The position numbers and the translations under genes are program-made. From Schmidtea nova (lineage: Eukaryota): a stretch of DNA of 64,000 bases. The DNA is taken from positions 313,472,001 to 313,536,000 of the forward strand of contig CM097883.1 of the NCBI GenBank assembly GCA_044892505.1, read 5' to 3'. The notes under the pieces were generated by a model. That model saw only the letters and a list, made by a program, of their open reading frames with translations. It had not been told where the DNA came from and made no database searches. Positions 1-9,807 of the stretch are shown here, piece by piece; the stretch's first letter is position 1, and every line of letters starts with the position of its first letter.

Positions 1-728
1 CTTGCCATACCAATCCGAGTATAAGGTGCTGTTTTCCTTTATCTATATCTTCAGGTCCAATGTTTACCACGCAACAACCGATAGATTCAGCAGAATTGAC
101 TGCTAGACATAAATTCTCATTTTTCTTAAATACATTTCTTAAACTCTCCCCAAGATTAAGAAGCCTTTCATCGACAGTATCAGGAACGGCCGAATTGATC
201 AGTTTGCACAGAAGTACGCCGTCTTGGAGTTTATTGTAGAGCTCGTCTTGTTTAATTGGCAAATAAGACGCACAAAGTGGGTCATTTGATAGCACTCTAC
301 TGATCCAGTTTGAGAAACCCCTTTCTTCTGAATCGCACACCGAGTGAATAGCTTGAGTACCTTCATTTACTTTTCGTAGAATATTCTGAAATTAAATGGT
401 AAATAGAAGTGAAAACGTCATATAATTGAACCTCTTGATCGGCTTTGATTTTAGGTTGATAGTTGTTGATAGGGTTAATTTGAAATTCTTTGGCCCTCGA
501 ATAAAGTTCTACAAGCATTTCAACGGGAATCTCATTGTGATTCGTTGGAATATTTAGCATCATATCTCTTAATCGGTATCCAGCCAATGAAATTCCCATA
601 ATCTTTAGGGCCTCATGGACATTTTTCTTTTCAATAAACCCGTTTATTAATGATGAAAATTTATCATTTAATTCCTCAATTATCTCCTCGTCGAGGGATA
701 AACCTTTCCATATAAGCTGTTCTGACAT
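1..728 (-). CDS. PLS: Plastin/fimbrin paralogue A, 5' part only (exon 1 728-432, 46-nt intron 431-386, exon 2 385 to beyond the window start)
   Basis: ATG at 728 and a degenerate EF-hand N-terminus. Removing the GT..AG intron gives a continuous frame into the CH1 actin-binding domain (SEERGFSNWISRVLSNDPLC...LQDGVLLCKLINSAVPDTVDER...ENLCLAVNSAESIGC...LILGLVWQ). Confidence 0.9.
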
Positions 729-1822
729 CGTTTCTTTTAAACAAATTTCAATTTCGAAATACTAAAAAAATTAAAAATATGAGCACACTTTCTTTTTATA
801 AATAAGAAAATAAAACAATGAAACGAATTCTCATTCTCAATCGCTATTGTTACAGTGTAAAGTGTGTAAAAATGTGTCGGAGAACTCTCTCTCGTTTGTA
901 TCATTATTAAATGTGAACTTTTTCCATTTTTCGAAACTGATCACTATTTCTGTGTCCGATACACATTTTATAGTAGAAAAAAATAAACAGATTTTTGTCT
1001 ATCAAAAAATTTAATTTCACTTGATTGGATATTAATTTCTTTAAAATAAAAAATCCCTCCCCAACTCGCGCTTCGAATTTCACGGCTTCACTCTACTGCG
1101 ATATTTTTCACACATGTGTTTTTTTTTCCAAAAACATATAACAATCACAGTACATAATCAACACAGTGCTCGAGAGAATTATGTGAGTCGATACATACTA
1201 CATAAAAATATAAAAACACTGTCTTATTTTCTCTTGTTTTATAATCCATATTATTACTGGAATGTAATAATGGGTAATACGTACTAGTATAATGGTGACT
1301 AGAGGCGCTTTATTTCATGTCCAGAATGTTAATACCTTTATTTAAATTGTAGTAAATATTTTTTTTCTATCCTCTTACCACGAAAATATTTAATTTATTA
1401 ACAAATAATCCTACTTCTCGGTAATTCCCTGATCGCGGTAGAGTCTGGAACGGATTAACTGTGATAAACGAGGGATTATTGTAAATGATTTTTTAGTAGA
1501 AAATTATTTATCATAATTATCTTTTGGTTTCACTTTTGGTTTCTTTTTTAAAATTAAATATTTTTCATATTAATTTTTCTAAGTCTATTGATCAAAATGT
1601 TTTTTATTGTTGTTATGTTCACGAAACTTTGGCACATCCTTTACCAAAAAATTATTTAAGTCTTCGAAAATGGTAGTGTAGTGCCTTAAATTATAAATTT
1701 CTCTTTTTAGTTAATTAATTTATTAAATAATTATTGAATGGAAGATTTAAATAGCTTTGTTTTAATATTTACTTTTTTTGTCTCTTTTTTCAAAATAAAT
1801 CCAACTGATCCAACAAGAACTA

Positions 1823-2194
1823 ATGCAATTTCTTCCAATCAACATGAATCAATTTTCCCCTATATCAGCAATCAATGATATAATGCCGTTAATGAATCCA
1901 TCAGAAACCGCTCAAACTGCTGCGTCACAATCTAATCAAATGTTGGCTCGAACCGATCAATCTAACAATCCAATTTCATATCTCGTTGGATCACACGCAT
2001 TTCTCAGCATGCCAAGTAGTGGATCTAACCAAACAAACTTCTCAACAACGAGTAATGATGCTGGATCTATAATGGATAAAAATCAACGGCCTAGACTGTC
2101 TAAAACGCACTCGATGTTAATTCAGAATATATTTTATGTCTATCCGGCTTTTATCAAATTAATTGTTTTCTTACAGGTAGCAACTAATCAATAA
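1823..2194 (+). CDS. Possible exon(s) of an unknown host gene, S/N/Q-rich
   Basis: 123-codon ORF that is less AT-rich than its flanks, with a plausible intron ending TTCTTACAG near 2176. No recognisable domain. Confidence 0.25.
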   Translation: MQFLPINMNQFSPISAINDIMPLMNPSETAQTAASQSNQMLARTDQSNNPISYLVGSHAFLSMPSSGSNQTNFSTTSNDAGSIMDKNQRPRLSKTHSMLIQNIFYVYPAFIKLIVFLQVATNQ

Positions 2195-3270
2195 CGATCA
2201 ACAAAGAAATTAATAAAAATATTTCCAAGTCTCGCTTTCAAACCCTATATCTTTAAATTTAAAACATTGTATTGTCAATGTGAAAAAAACCGGATGTGTT
2301 TTATACATAATATTTTGGCTATTTTAAAATATGATGTTAGTAGACATGACTGAAATAGAGTGTTTAATTATAATCCTTCTGATCTTGTTTTAATCTTTCT
2401 ATGTACTTTTCCCAAGTTTGAATCGAAAATCCGTGGGATGACAATAAGTATCCTTTCATTTGCAAAGCCGTCGCAACATATTTGGTACCTTTGATAATTA
2501 TTTTGTGGCGCTCCTTACAAATTTATATTGCATTATACATGTATATACACATATGTTGAAAAAAATATTACCTTTTAATTAATTAAAAATATTAAAATCA
2601 ATACAAAATAAAATAGAATTTATTTTTATTTTAATATATTTATTTACAAAACAAGTTTATAAAAAAATTAAAACAAAAAAAAATATTTAACTTTAATTAA
2701 TTAAAAAATTTCGTTATTATTTTTTAATTATTTGGCACCTATGTGCTGTAGCAAAAAGGAATTTCAAAACTAGAAAAAAAACAAAATCGGTATTGCTGGG
2801 TTCATGGACGGTTTGGTGAAAATTCGAATGATTGCTAGGGATCTCCCATCCATGATCATGCATAAATAGTCGTAAGCTACACTCGAGCGCCCTTGATTAT
2901 TTCCCCTGATAACCAAGTTGGTGATGCGCAGGGTGATTAAACAATGAGGGGCAGGTGAGCACTATTGCTAGGACTACTCCCCCTTTATGTTTACGGGTTC
3001 ACGCGGCCGTAGAAGGACTTACGCAATTATTGTTCTATTTTGTGTGTGTGAGGCTATGTATTTATCAAAAAACAAAACAAGCAAGCAAAACCAAACTACG
3101 AATTTGATAATATTTAAGTTCTTTATCGCTACTCCTTTCGTTGTGTGCCGGGTAATTGAAATTTAATTATGAATTATCTAATCGAAGGAAATACAAAAGA
3201 AACAACAACAACAAAACAAAAACGAGCAAAGATTTAATTGACTCCCAAATCGGACATCGTATTCTATCTG

Positions 3271-3861
3271 TTATAGAAATTCTTTGAAAATTCCTTCTGG
3301 AGGGAATATCTCGGATAACCACTCGGCCTCCGACATTTCTGCCATAGTGGTTACTTGTGTCTGCAATTGTTGAGAAAACAACTTTCTTTGGCGACGGCGC
3401 TTGGAGCCGATTCGTTTCCGCTTATTCGTTTTTCCGACGGGGTTTGGTATAGTGGTGGTTTCCACCCGACTCTGCACTGTGGTTGCCTCGAGTCCATCGG
3501 TGTCCGTACTGATTGAGCAGGCCATTTTCTGTTCCCCTACCCAATTCTGGTAAGTAATGGGTCGGATTTGTGCTTTCAATTCGGTCTCGATAAATGAAGT
3601 CGTCACCGAATGGAGACATCGGCGCAACTCAATTTTTGTTGCTTCCCATTCGGTGCGATAATCGTCAGCTGTCTTTTGAGCCCTTTCTGTCCGACTCATT
3701 TGCTCCTTCATGCGAGCTGGTGCGAACCAGCTGGTCCGTAAATGCTGAATCTGAGCTTCTGCTTTGGCTCGTAAGGCTTTTTCTTGGTTTAGCTCTTTTT
3801 CCAATGCTCGGCGGATTCTCCACGCCTTGTCCAATTCTCGCTGCTGGCTAGTTTCCGTCAT
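3271..3861 (-). CDS. LTR-encoded ORF B, 196 aa from ATG, with an N-terminal coiled coil (copy at 29539-30129)
   Basis: Open frame MTETSQQRELDKAW...; the ATG is preceded by TTTGTTATTTAG. No homologue recognised. Confidence 0.55.
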   Translation of the reverse strand: MTETSQQRELDKAWRIRRALEKELNQEKALRAKAEAQIQHLRTSWFAPARMKEQMSRTERAQKTADDYRTEWEATKIELRRCLHSVTTSFIETELKAQIRPITYQNWVGEQKMACSISTDTDGLEATTVQSRVETTTIPNPVGKTNKRKRIGSKRRRQRKLFSQQLQTQVTTMAEMSEAEWLSEIFPPEGIFKEFL

Positions 3862-4043
3862 ACTAAATAACAAACCCAATTTATAATGCATCAAACATGT
3901 TACCAAGATTAATATTATCCGTTGAGTGTAAAAATCATATGATTAAATAAATAGAAATAAATTTAACTAAGAACAAACAAAACACGGATCAACACCATTT
4001 AATTTATTGAAATCGTTTAGTTTATAAAATGTGAATATAATGT

Positions 4044-4544
4044 TTAGTGGAAAACACTTCGCTTGAGGCCGTGAACGGGAGTAATATGCAACCCGTGATT
4101 GACTGGATTTCTTCGGATGTGAGCCATCGAACAGTTTAGTTTGGGGCGTCCGTGGCACGTTTTCGGTAGGTGATTTGGAATCAACCCGAAATTAAGCAAC
4201 CTGAGCGGTGAGACATATCCCCAATGGATCACTGTCGTTGGATTTCCTTCACTGTCTGACACCACTATGATGAACAGAGCTGTCGTCTCCCGGTCTCTTT
4301 CGTCCTGAATTTCCCATCCGGGGCCTCCTCGATATACGATGGTATCCAATCCACCGGCCCAAATCGAAAATGGGCATTTCTTTCCTAGTTCCCTTCTCCA
4401 TTTATACATCAACGCATTTAGCGTTCTGAGGAGTTCCTGTGGAAGCGACTTCAATTTCTTCCGGTGCGTCCGGATTAGAGGATTTTCGACCCGTGCCACA
4501 TGACGTTGAGTTGTTAGAAATTCATCCAGTATCGTTGATTTCAT
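4044..4544 (-). CDS. LTR-encoded ORF A, 166 aa from ATG, unknown function (copy at 30312-30812)
   Basis: Open frame with globular-like composition in an otherwise AT-rich LTR; the ATG is directly preceded by TTTTCTCAG. Confidence 0.55.
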   Translation of the reverse strand: MKSTILDEFLTTQRHVARVENPLIRTHRKKLKSLPQELLRTLNALMYKWRRELGKKCPFSIWAGGLDTIVYRGGPGWEIQDERDRETTALFIIVVSDSEGNPTTVIHWGYVSPLRLLNFGLIPNHLPKTCHGRPKLNCSMAHIRRNPVNHGLHITPVHGLKRSVFH

Positions 4545-6039
4545 CTGAGAAAACAATAATGCTAATAGAATTTACTGTGATAAATCCGTAAATTTTGGTG
4601 AGACCTGATAAAAAGTGCTCTGCTCGTTGATCAATAACACAAAAAAAATGTGAAAAGGAGGAAAAAAAATATTTTTCAAACTATTCAATTAACACCGTCG
4701 CTATGTACAGCGATCGGAATATTAAAAATTTACCTATTATTACCTGCGCTATGTACAGCGATCAGGTTACGATTTTATTTATTTAATCAGTAGTGTCGAT
4801 CTGAATATGTCGTTATTTATGTCTAAATTAAACTGTAGTTGAAACGTCGAAATCGTCTCGGTGTGTCTGGACGTGATTTCGATCAGCTATGTTGGTTCAC
4901 AAAAATTTGCGTGCATATGAAAAAAATCGATCTAGTCGACCTGATAATTGATATTATAGTTTGTTTTCGCCTGTCTGATCGAATGTAAATGTTAACCACT
5001 GTCTACAAATTTTACTCGTGTCCTTGTCCCTGCACAACTTTACCGTACCGTGAAGCTTCCGATAAAATAAAATTAAATAAAGAATACCAATAAAAACTCT
5101 GCTCACCATCTTGTGGAACGGTGAAATCCCACATTTACGGCTTGCTCCCTCGCAGCGTAAGCTACTGAGGAAGTATATTTATTAGATCATAAAATAATGG
5201 CATAAGAAAAATAGAGTAATAGTAATAAATTATATTAAATGAAAATAAAACAAATGGGAATCATGAAACATATCATAAAAATCAATGCAAAATACAATAC
5301 AAAAAAATTTACTGTTTAAATCCACGATGCAGTGTTTTCCAAAAATTTACACAGTCTTTATCGTATCAAAGTTGACTATGATAAATCAGTTCGGTAGCTA
5401 AGTTTTTTGGCGTTTTTTTGTATGATTTTTGGATCGGTATTTATACTGATCCAGTTGGTCAGATTGACCAATCAGGATCAGGCCGTCCATCAAAGTAATT
5501 TTGTTATTTTATTTTAATATAAACCATTTTAAATTTCCGGTTCAGATTTCTCGCTGGGTGGTCTCGATTTTTTCAAGTAATTAACCAATTAATTGTACTT
5601 TTATTTGATTTTATTGGTAATTTTCTTATTTCAGACCCCCATACTGCTCGTTCTTGTGTCAATTTGATTTTCTTCCTTTGCTGGAAATTTAGTAATTATT
5701 ATTTATTATTTTATTTTAATTTTTAATTTAGGTTTTCGAATGTTTTTGTGGTTATTATTTGTATTTATTGTTCAAATTAGTACAATATTTTTGCCTTTTT
5801 AGACCAATTGGTGGGCCCAACATCACTCGGGGACCCCTAAAATTGCGTCCCGCAATTAATTATACATAACTACTTATAACATCATACATAAAAAGTTTTA
5901 CAGATATATACATAAACACAAGAAAATCACTTAAGGTGATAGAATTTATACACATCATGAGATTTGTTATAGGATAGTTGAATATTATCAGATTATTGTC
6001 ACAGGATAGTTAAAGGTTCATCAGAGATGTTCACAAAGT

Positions 6040-6601
6040 CTATTCGATCCTCCGGCTCGCATTGGGTTGGGTTTGAGTTCTCTCATTGATTGTAGCTAAT
6101 TCGTAGTGGGTCTGAATTTGATCTAGATGTTTTCTCATACGTCTTTGGGTTCGTTTGTCTCGCCTTGATGTTTGATTGACGATGGTTTGTTTCTGTTTGA
6201 GGATTTTTATCCGGTAGGAGGCAATCAGGATTGTGATTGCGATGATAGTTACGCTGATTGAGAGGATTATGATGATTGCTATGATCCATTTCTCTTGATA
6301 TTCTATTTCAGCTTGGGCTAGGCTTTTTATGGGCTCTCTACCTTCTTTCAGGGTTTTTTTGGGTTTCTTTTAGCTTCAGTTGTTGGTTATCTAAGATTTG
6401 TTGGATTTGATGATCTTGATTGTGGGGATATTTCTGTCGGAATTCGTTGATTTCTTTAATTACTTCTTCGATTAGGCTGTCTACTTTTTGGTAGGTTTTG
6501 TCGGGTAGAACTCGTAATTGGGTTTCGGTAAGTTGTAGATCTTCTCTCTGTAGGGTGATGGTTATTAACCCTAGGAGTATTGGTATTGCGAGCTTTCTCA
6601 T
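6040..6601 (-). CDS. Small type I membrane protein (~186 aa) split by a +1 frameshift in an A7 run (6354-6360)
   Basis: Signal-like MRKLAIPILLGLITITL. Removing one A joins it to a frame encoding WIIAIIIILSISVTIIAITILIASY (TM), a basic stop-transfer segment and a tail ending at TAG 6040. Confidence 0.65.
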
Positions 6602-6680
6602 TTTCTATCTTTACATAGGAGTCAATACAGCTTGACGCTTTTTATTTTACATCATCTATTTACAATTGGTTTCCGCTCAT

Positions 6681-7742
6681 TTACACGAGGGTTTCGTTAG
6701 GTTCGTGAAAACCTTCGTCTTGAGGTTCCACCTGATTTATGGGGAGTGGCATCCATATTACCGTACTCCTCCACATTTCCACTTCCTCTCGATACGTGTG
6801 GGATATCTGGATCTCTTCATCTAATAAGTATTCCAGATAGTTCGCCTGCTCTGTTAGGGTTTCTATTTGTTTTTCTAGTTCTGCTAATTTTTTCTCTCTC
6901 TCTTCTTTCTCTATCATTTCGGTCACTGCTGCTGTGATACTTGTTTCCTTTGTGGGTACTGGTTTTTCTGTTAGCTTCTTTCTCAGTTCTTCGTTTTCTT
7001 TTGTCAAGTTGGTTATGTTTTCTTCATAACTCTGTTTTGTTTCTTCCATTCTTTCTTTAGTCCTTTTTAATTCTATTTTCTTCTGGGTAATCACTCCTTG
7101 ATATCCATTTATATCTCTTTTCATGTTTTCCTCCTTGTGATTCCACATTCCGGTCAGCATACCTTTTAACTGTTCTTGATTGGCTAAATCTTCTCCCATT
7201 CTTTGCACTTGATAAGTTAGTTCTTTAATTTTCTTGGCTTGTTCTCTGATGAATTGTTGTCTTTTCTTGCTCCATACCTTATTTGACGCTTCTTGACTGA
7301 TCTTTTGCCCTAATTCCTCTTTTAATTCATCGATCTCTTTAAACAGTTTCCAATCATCGCTATACGCTGTTCGTTCAATTATCTCCCTTGCTTCCTTGTA
7401 AGAGTCTTTTGCCTCTTTCTTCCAATATCTTGCTTGTTCGGTGATTGACTGGATCTTGTGGTCTGTTTTTATCTGTTGTCTATCTCTATCCTCTCGTCGC
7501 TCTTTCATCATCTCTTTGTAGTATTCATTTTGTTGCCTTAGCAGTTTGTAGACTTCTTCTATTTTTTCTCGACTTCTTTGATTCGTTTTCTCGGCTTCTC
7601 TTAGTGCTTGGGTTTGTCTTTCCAATTCCTCCTGTTTTCGATAATAGGCATGAATCCATATCCCAATCCGCTCCATGTGATTTCTGATCATTTCGTCTTG
7701 ATGTACTGTTACTTCTTGTAAGGTTACTTCTATATTTCCCAT
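6681..7742 (-). CDS. 353-aa coiled-coil accessory protein, unknown function
   Basis: Long E/K/Q-rich heptad-like ORF with an ATG start, inside the element. Confidence 0.75.
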   Translation of the reverse strand: MGNIEVTLQEVTVHQDEMIRNHMERIGIWIHAYYRKQEELERQTQALREAEKTNQRSREKIEEVYKLLRQQNEYYKEMMKERREDRDRQQIKTDHKIQSITEQARYWKKEAKDSYKEAREIIERTAYSDDWKLFKEIDELKEELGQKISQEASNKVWSKKRQQFIREQAKKIKELTYQVQRMGEDLANQEQLKGMLTGMWNHKEENMKRDINGYQGVITQKKIELKRTKERMEETKQSYEENITNLTKENEELRKKLTEKPVPTKETSITAAVTEMIEKEEREKKLAELEKQIETLTEQANYLEYLLDEEIQISHTYREEVEMWRSTVIWMPLPINQVEPQDEGFHEPNETLV

Positions 7743-7874
7743 TTCTATAATTACAGATAAAAAGAATATTTGATCAGTTTTTTATTTTTATTGTTTTTGA
7801 TTATTTGTTATTTCATATTGTTTTATACAGTTTATTTACATGGTTACTTCCTTCATTACGCCAACCATCCTTTT

Positions 7875-9233
7875 CTATCCGTTTTTCTCATGCCTCTCCA
7901 TCTCTATGTATAGCGTGTCTGCATATAGTCGCTCCCATAGGTTTTCTTTCCTTATAAACATTGGTTCTCCTGCTGCTAGTCCGCATTCCGTTGTTGGTTT
8001 TTCACTTGTACTCGTATGTTTGTCTGTTTCAAAGAATTTTTCTACTGGTTTTCCCATACTTTTGATTCTTATAATGACTCCTACTTTCAAGGGCCATTCT
8101 ATTAGGTCATCGTATTCTCCTTTACATAACGAGAAGAATATTGATACGTGTGTTCCTTGTCCTCTTCCGTCTCCATTTGGGTAGACCTTCAATCTTATTT
8201 TAACCCCATTTTTCCATAAATAAAATGGTGGGCTTATTACTGCTGTTTTCGTCATATTTCTGGCTTCTGCGAGTTTGTCTCTGAAATCTGTTACTTTCCA
8301 TAGGTAAGGTGCGATTGGTAAGTCCCTTCTTTCGTCAATTTCTCGTATTAATTGATTATATTGTATTTTCATTCCTTTTCCTAATTCTTCTATGGCTATT
8401 ATTTTCTTTTCCATTCTTTCGCGAGTTAGTTCAAACTGCTCTCTTGTTTCTAGTAGTAAACTCATCATTATCTTATGTGATTCTACTTCTTTTTCTAATT
8501 TCTGGATTGTCTGTTCCGTTCCTTTTGTCGTTTCGTTTGTCATTTCCACATGCGTTAGTGCTGCTTCTTCTAGGTGTTGTTTCATTGATTGCCGCGTCCG
8601 CTTTTCTTTGCATCCCTGTTTGTTATATGGACATTCTCTTGGTCTTTCGGTACATACTTTCCAATGTTCATGTAACTTTACTTCTTCTGTTATTTCGCAA
8701 TTGTTTGGACATTTACTTACATATTGTCTGCATACTTTCTCCTCTGTTATATTCAAATGTTCTTCCTCGATTTTTCCCCTTGTTTCTCGAGTTTCACAAT
8801 ACTCGCATGTGATTTCTTCTTCTTTACATTCTTCCTTGTGTTGTTCTCTCTTCTTTAGAGTTATTGTCTGTTGGCATTTCTCGCATTCGGCTCTCTTTTC
8901 CTCGCATTTTTCCATATGGTTCTCTAGATTGCTTATTTGTCCTTGCCATGTACAAGGTGTATTTACGCACTCCGTTATGGTGCTCATAATTTCTCTCTGG
9001 GTTGCTTTGTCCGTTCTGGTTTCGTTCAACACTATTCTTCCTTCTTTACATTCTGGGCATGTTGTTATTCCTGTTACATCTAATTCTTGTATACATTTTG
9101 TGCATATTCTACATCCACATATCGTTTGTCTGGGTTCTCGTAATAAATTGTTACATTTTCCGCATGTGAGCCTCTTGCTCCATTTTCTGTTTTCTAATCT
9201 CAAAATCTCGATTATTCGTTCTTCTCTGTCCAT
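7875..9233 (-). CDS. TRAF: TRAF-family protein (RING, TRAF zinc fingers, coiled coil, MATH), intronless, carried by the element
   Basis: RING CGKCNNLLREPRQTICGCRICTKC...CPEC; zinc fingers such as CPYNKQGC...HLEE. MATH domain YLWKVTDF...SPPFY...LKVYPNGDGRGQGTHVSIFFSLCKGEYDDLIEWP resembles TRAF2/3/5. Confidence 0.95.
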   Translation of the reverse strand: MDREERIIEILRLENRKWSKRLTCGKCNNLLREPRQTICGCRICTKCIQELDVTGITTCPECKEGRIVLNETRTDKATQREIMSTITECVNTPCTWQGQISNLENHMEKCEEKRAECEKCQQTITLKKREQHKEECKEEEITCEYCETRETRGKIEEEHLNITEEKVCRQYVSKCPNNCEITEEVKLHEHWKVCTERPRECPYNKQGCKEKRTRQSMKQHLEEAALTHVEMTNETTKGTEQTIQKLEKEVESHKIMMSLLLETREQFELTRERMEKKIIAIEELGKGMKIQYNQLIREIDERRDLPIAPYLWKVTDFRDKLAEARNMTKTAVISPPFYLWKNGVKIRLKVYPNGDGRGQGTHVSIFFSLCKGEYDDLIEWPLKVGVIIRIKSMGKPVEKFFETDKHTSTSEKPTTECGLAAGEPMFIRKENLWERLYADTLYIEMERHEKNG

Positions 9234-9326
9234 TCTCTACAATAATATATACATTCGACTTGTCATTTATTTTTTGATTTTTCTTGTTTTTATTTTTACA
9301 TATTTACAGTTTTCCGCTTTATTTAT

Positions 9327-9683
9327 CTATGGCTCATTCGTTGAATCTGGTTCCGCTTCGTTGTTTAATCTATTTATTACCCAACTCATCCATCCTTCTT
9401 CGGATCCTTCTCTTTCTCCTCGTGTTAAATGGTTTATTTCTATTGCTTGTCTTTGATTGGTGTTGCTTATCGTTTGATTTTCTCTGGTGAGTTCAGTTAT
9501 CACTCTTTGTTGTTCCTCTATTCTGTGTAATTGTTCGAAACAATTATTATAACTCTCTGATAATAACATTTGTCTTTCCGCTAATTGGTTCTGTAATGAG
9601 TTGACTGTTCGTACTAATAAATCACATTGTGCCTTCCATCTCATAGCCATAGTTATTTCAGTGGTTTCGTCCTGTTCGGTCAT
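9327..9683 (-). CDS. 118-aa coiled-coil accessory protein
   Basis: ATG-initiated ORF with a heptad pattern, same orientation and same start context as its neighbours. Confidence 0.6.
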   Translation of the reverse strand: MTEQDETTEITMAMRWKAQCDLLVRTVNSLQNQLAERQMLLSESYNNCFEQLHRIEEQQRVITELTRENQTISNTNQRQAIEINHLTRGEREGSEEGWMSWVINRLNNEAEPDSTNEP

Positions 9684-9807
9684 TTCTAAATTATATACAT
9701 CATTTACTTTGTTTTTCTAGCTTTTTACAATTTTTATAATATCGATACCCATACTATTACGGTAATGCTTTGTTATTTACACTATTATTTACAGTCATAA
9801 TCCGCCC

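Larger units (their letters stand above)
2794..5822 (-). repeat. 3' LTR of the giant element (3029 bp)
   Basis: Matches 29062-32090 in every segment compared. Termini TGTTGGG...CCCAGCA form an imperfect 7-bp inverted repeat. Confidence 0.97.
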
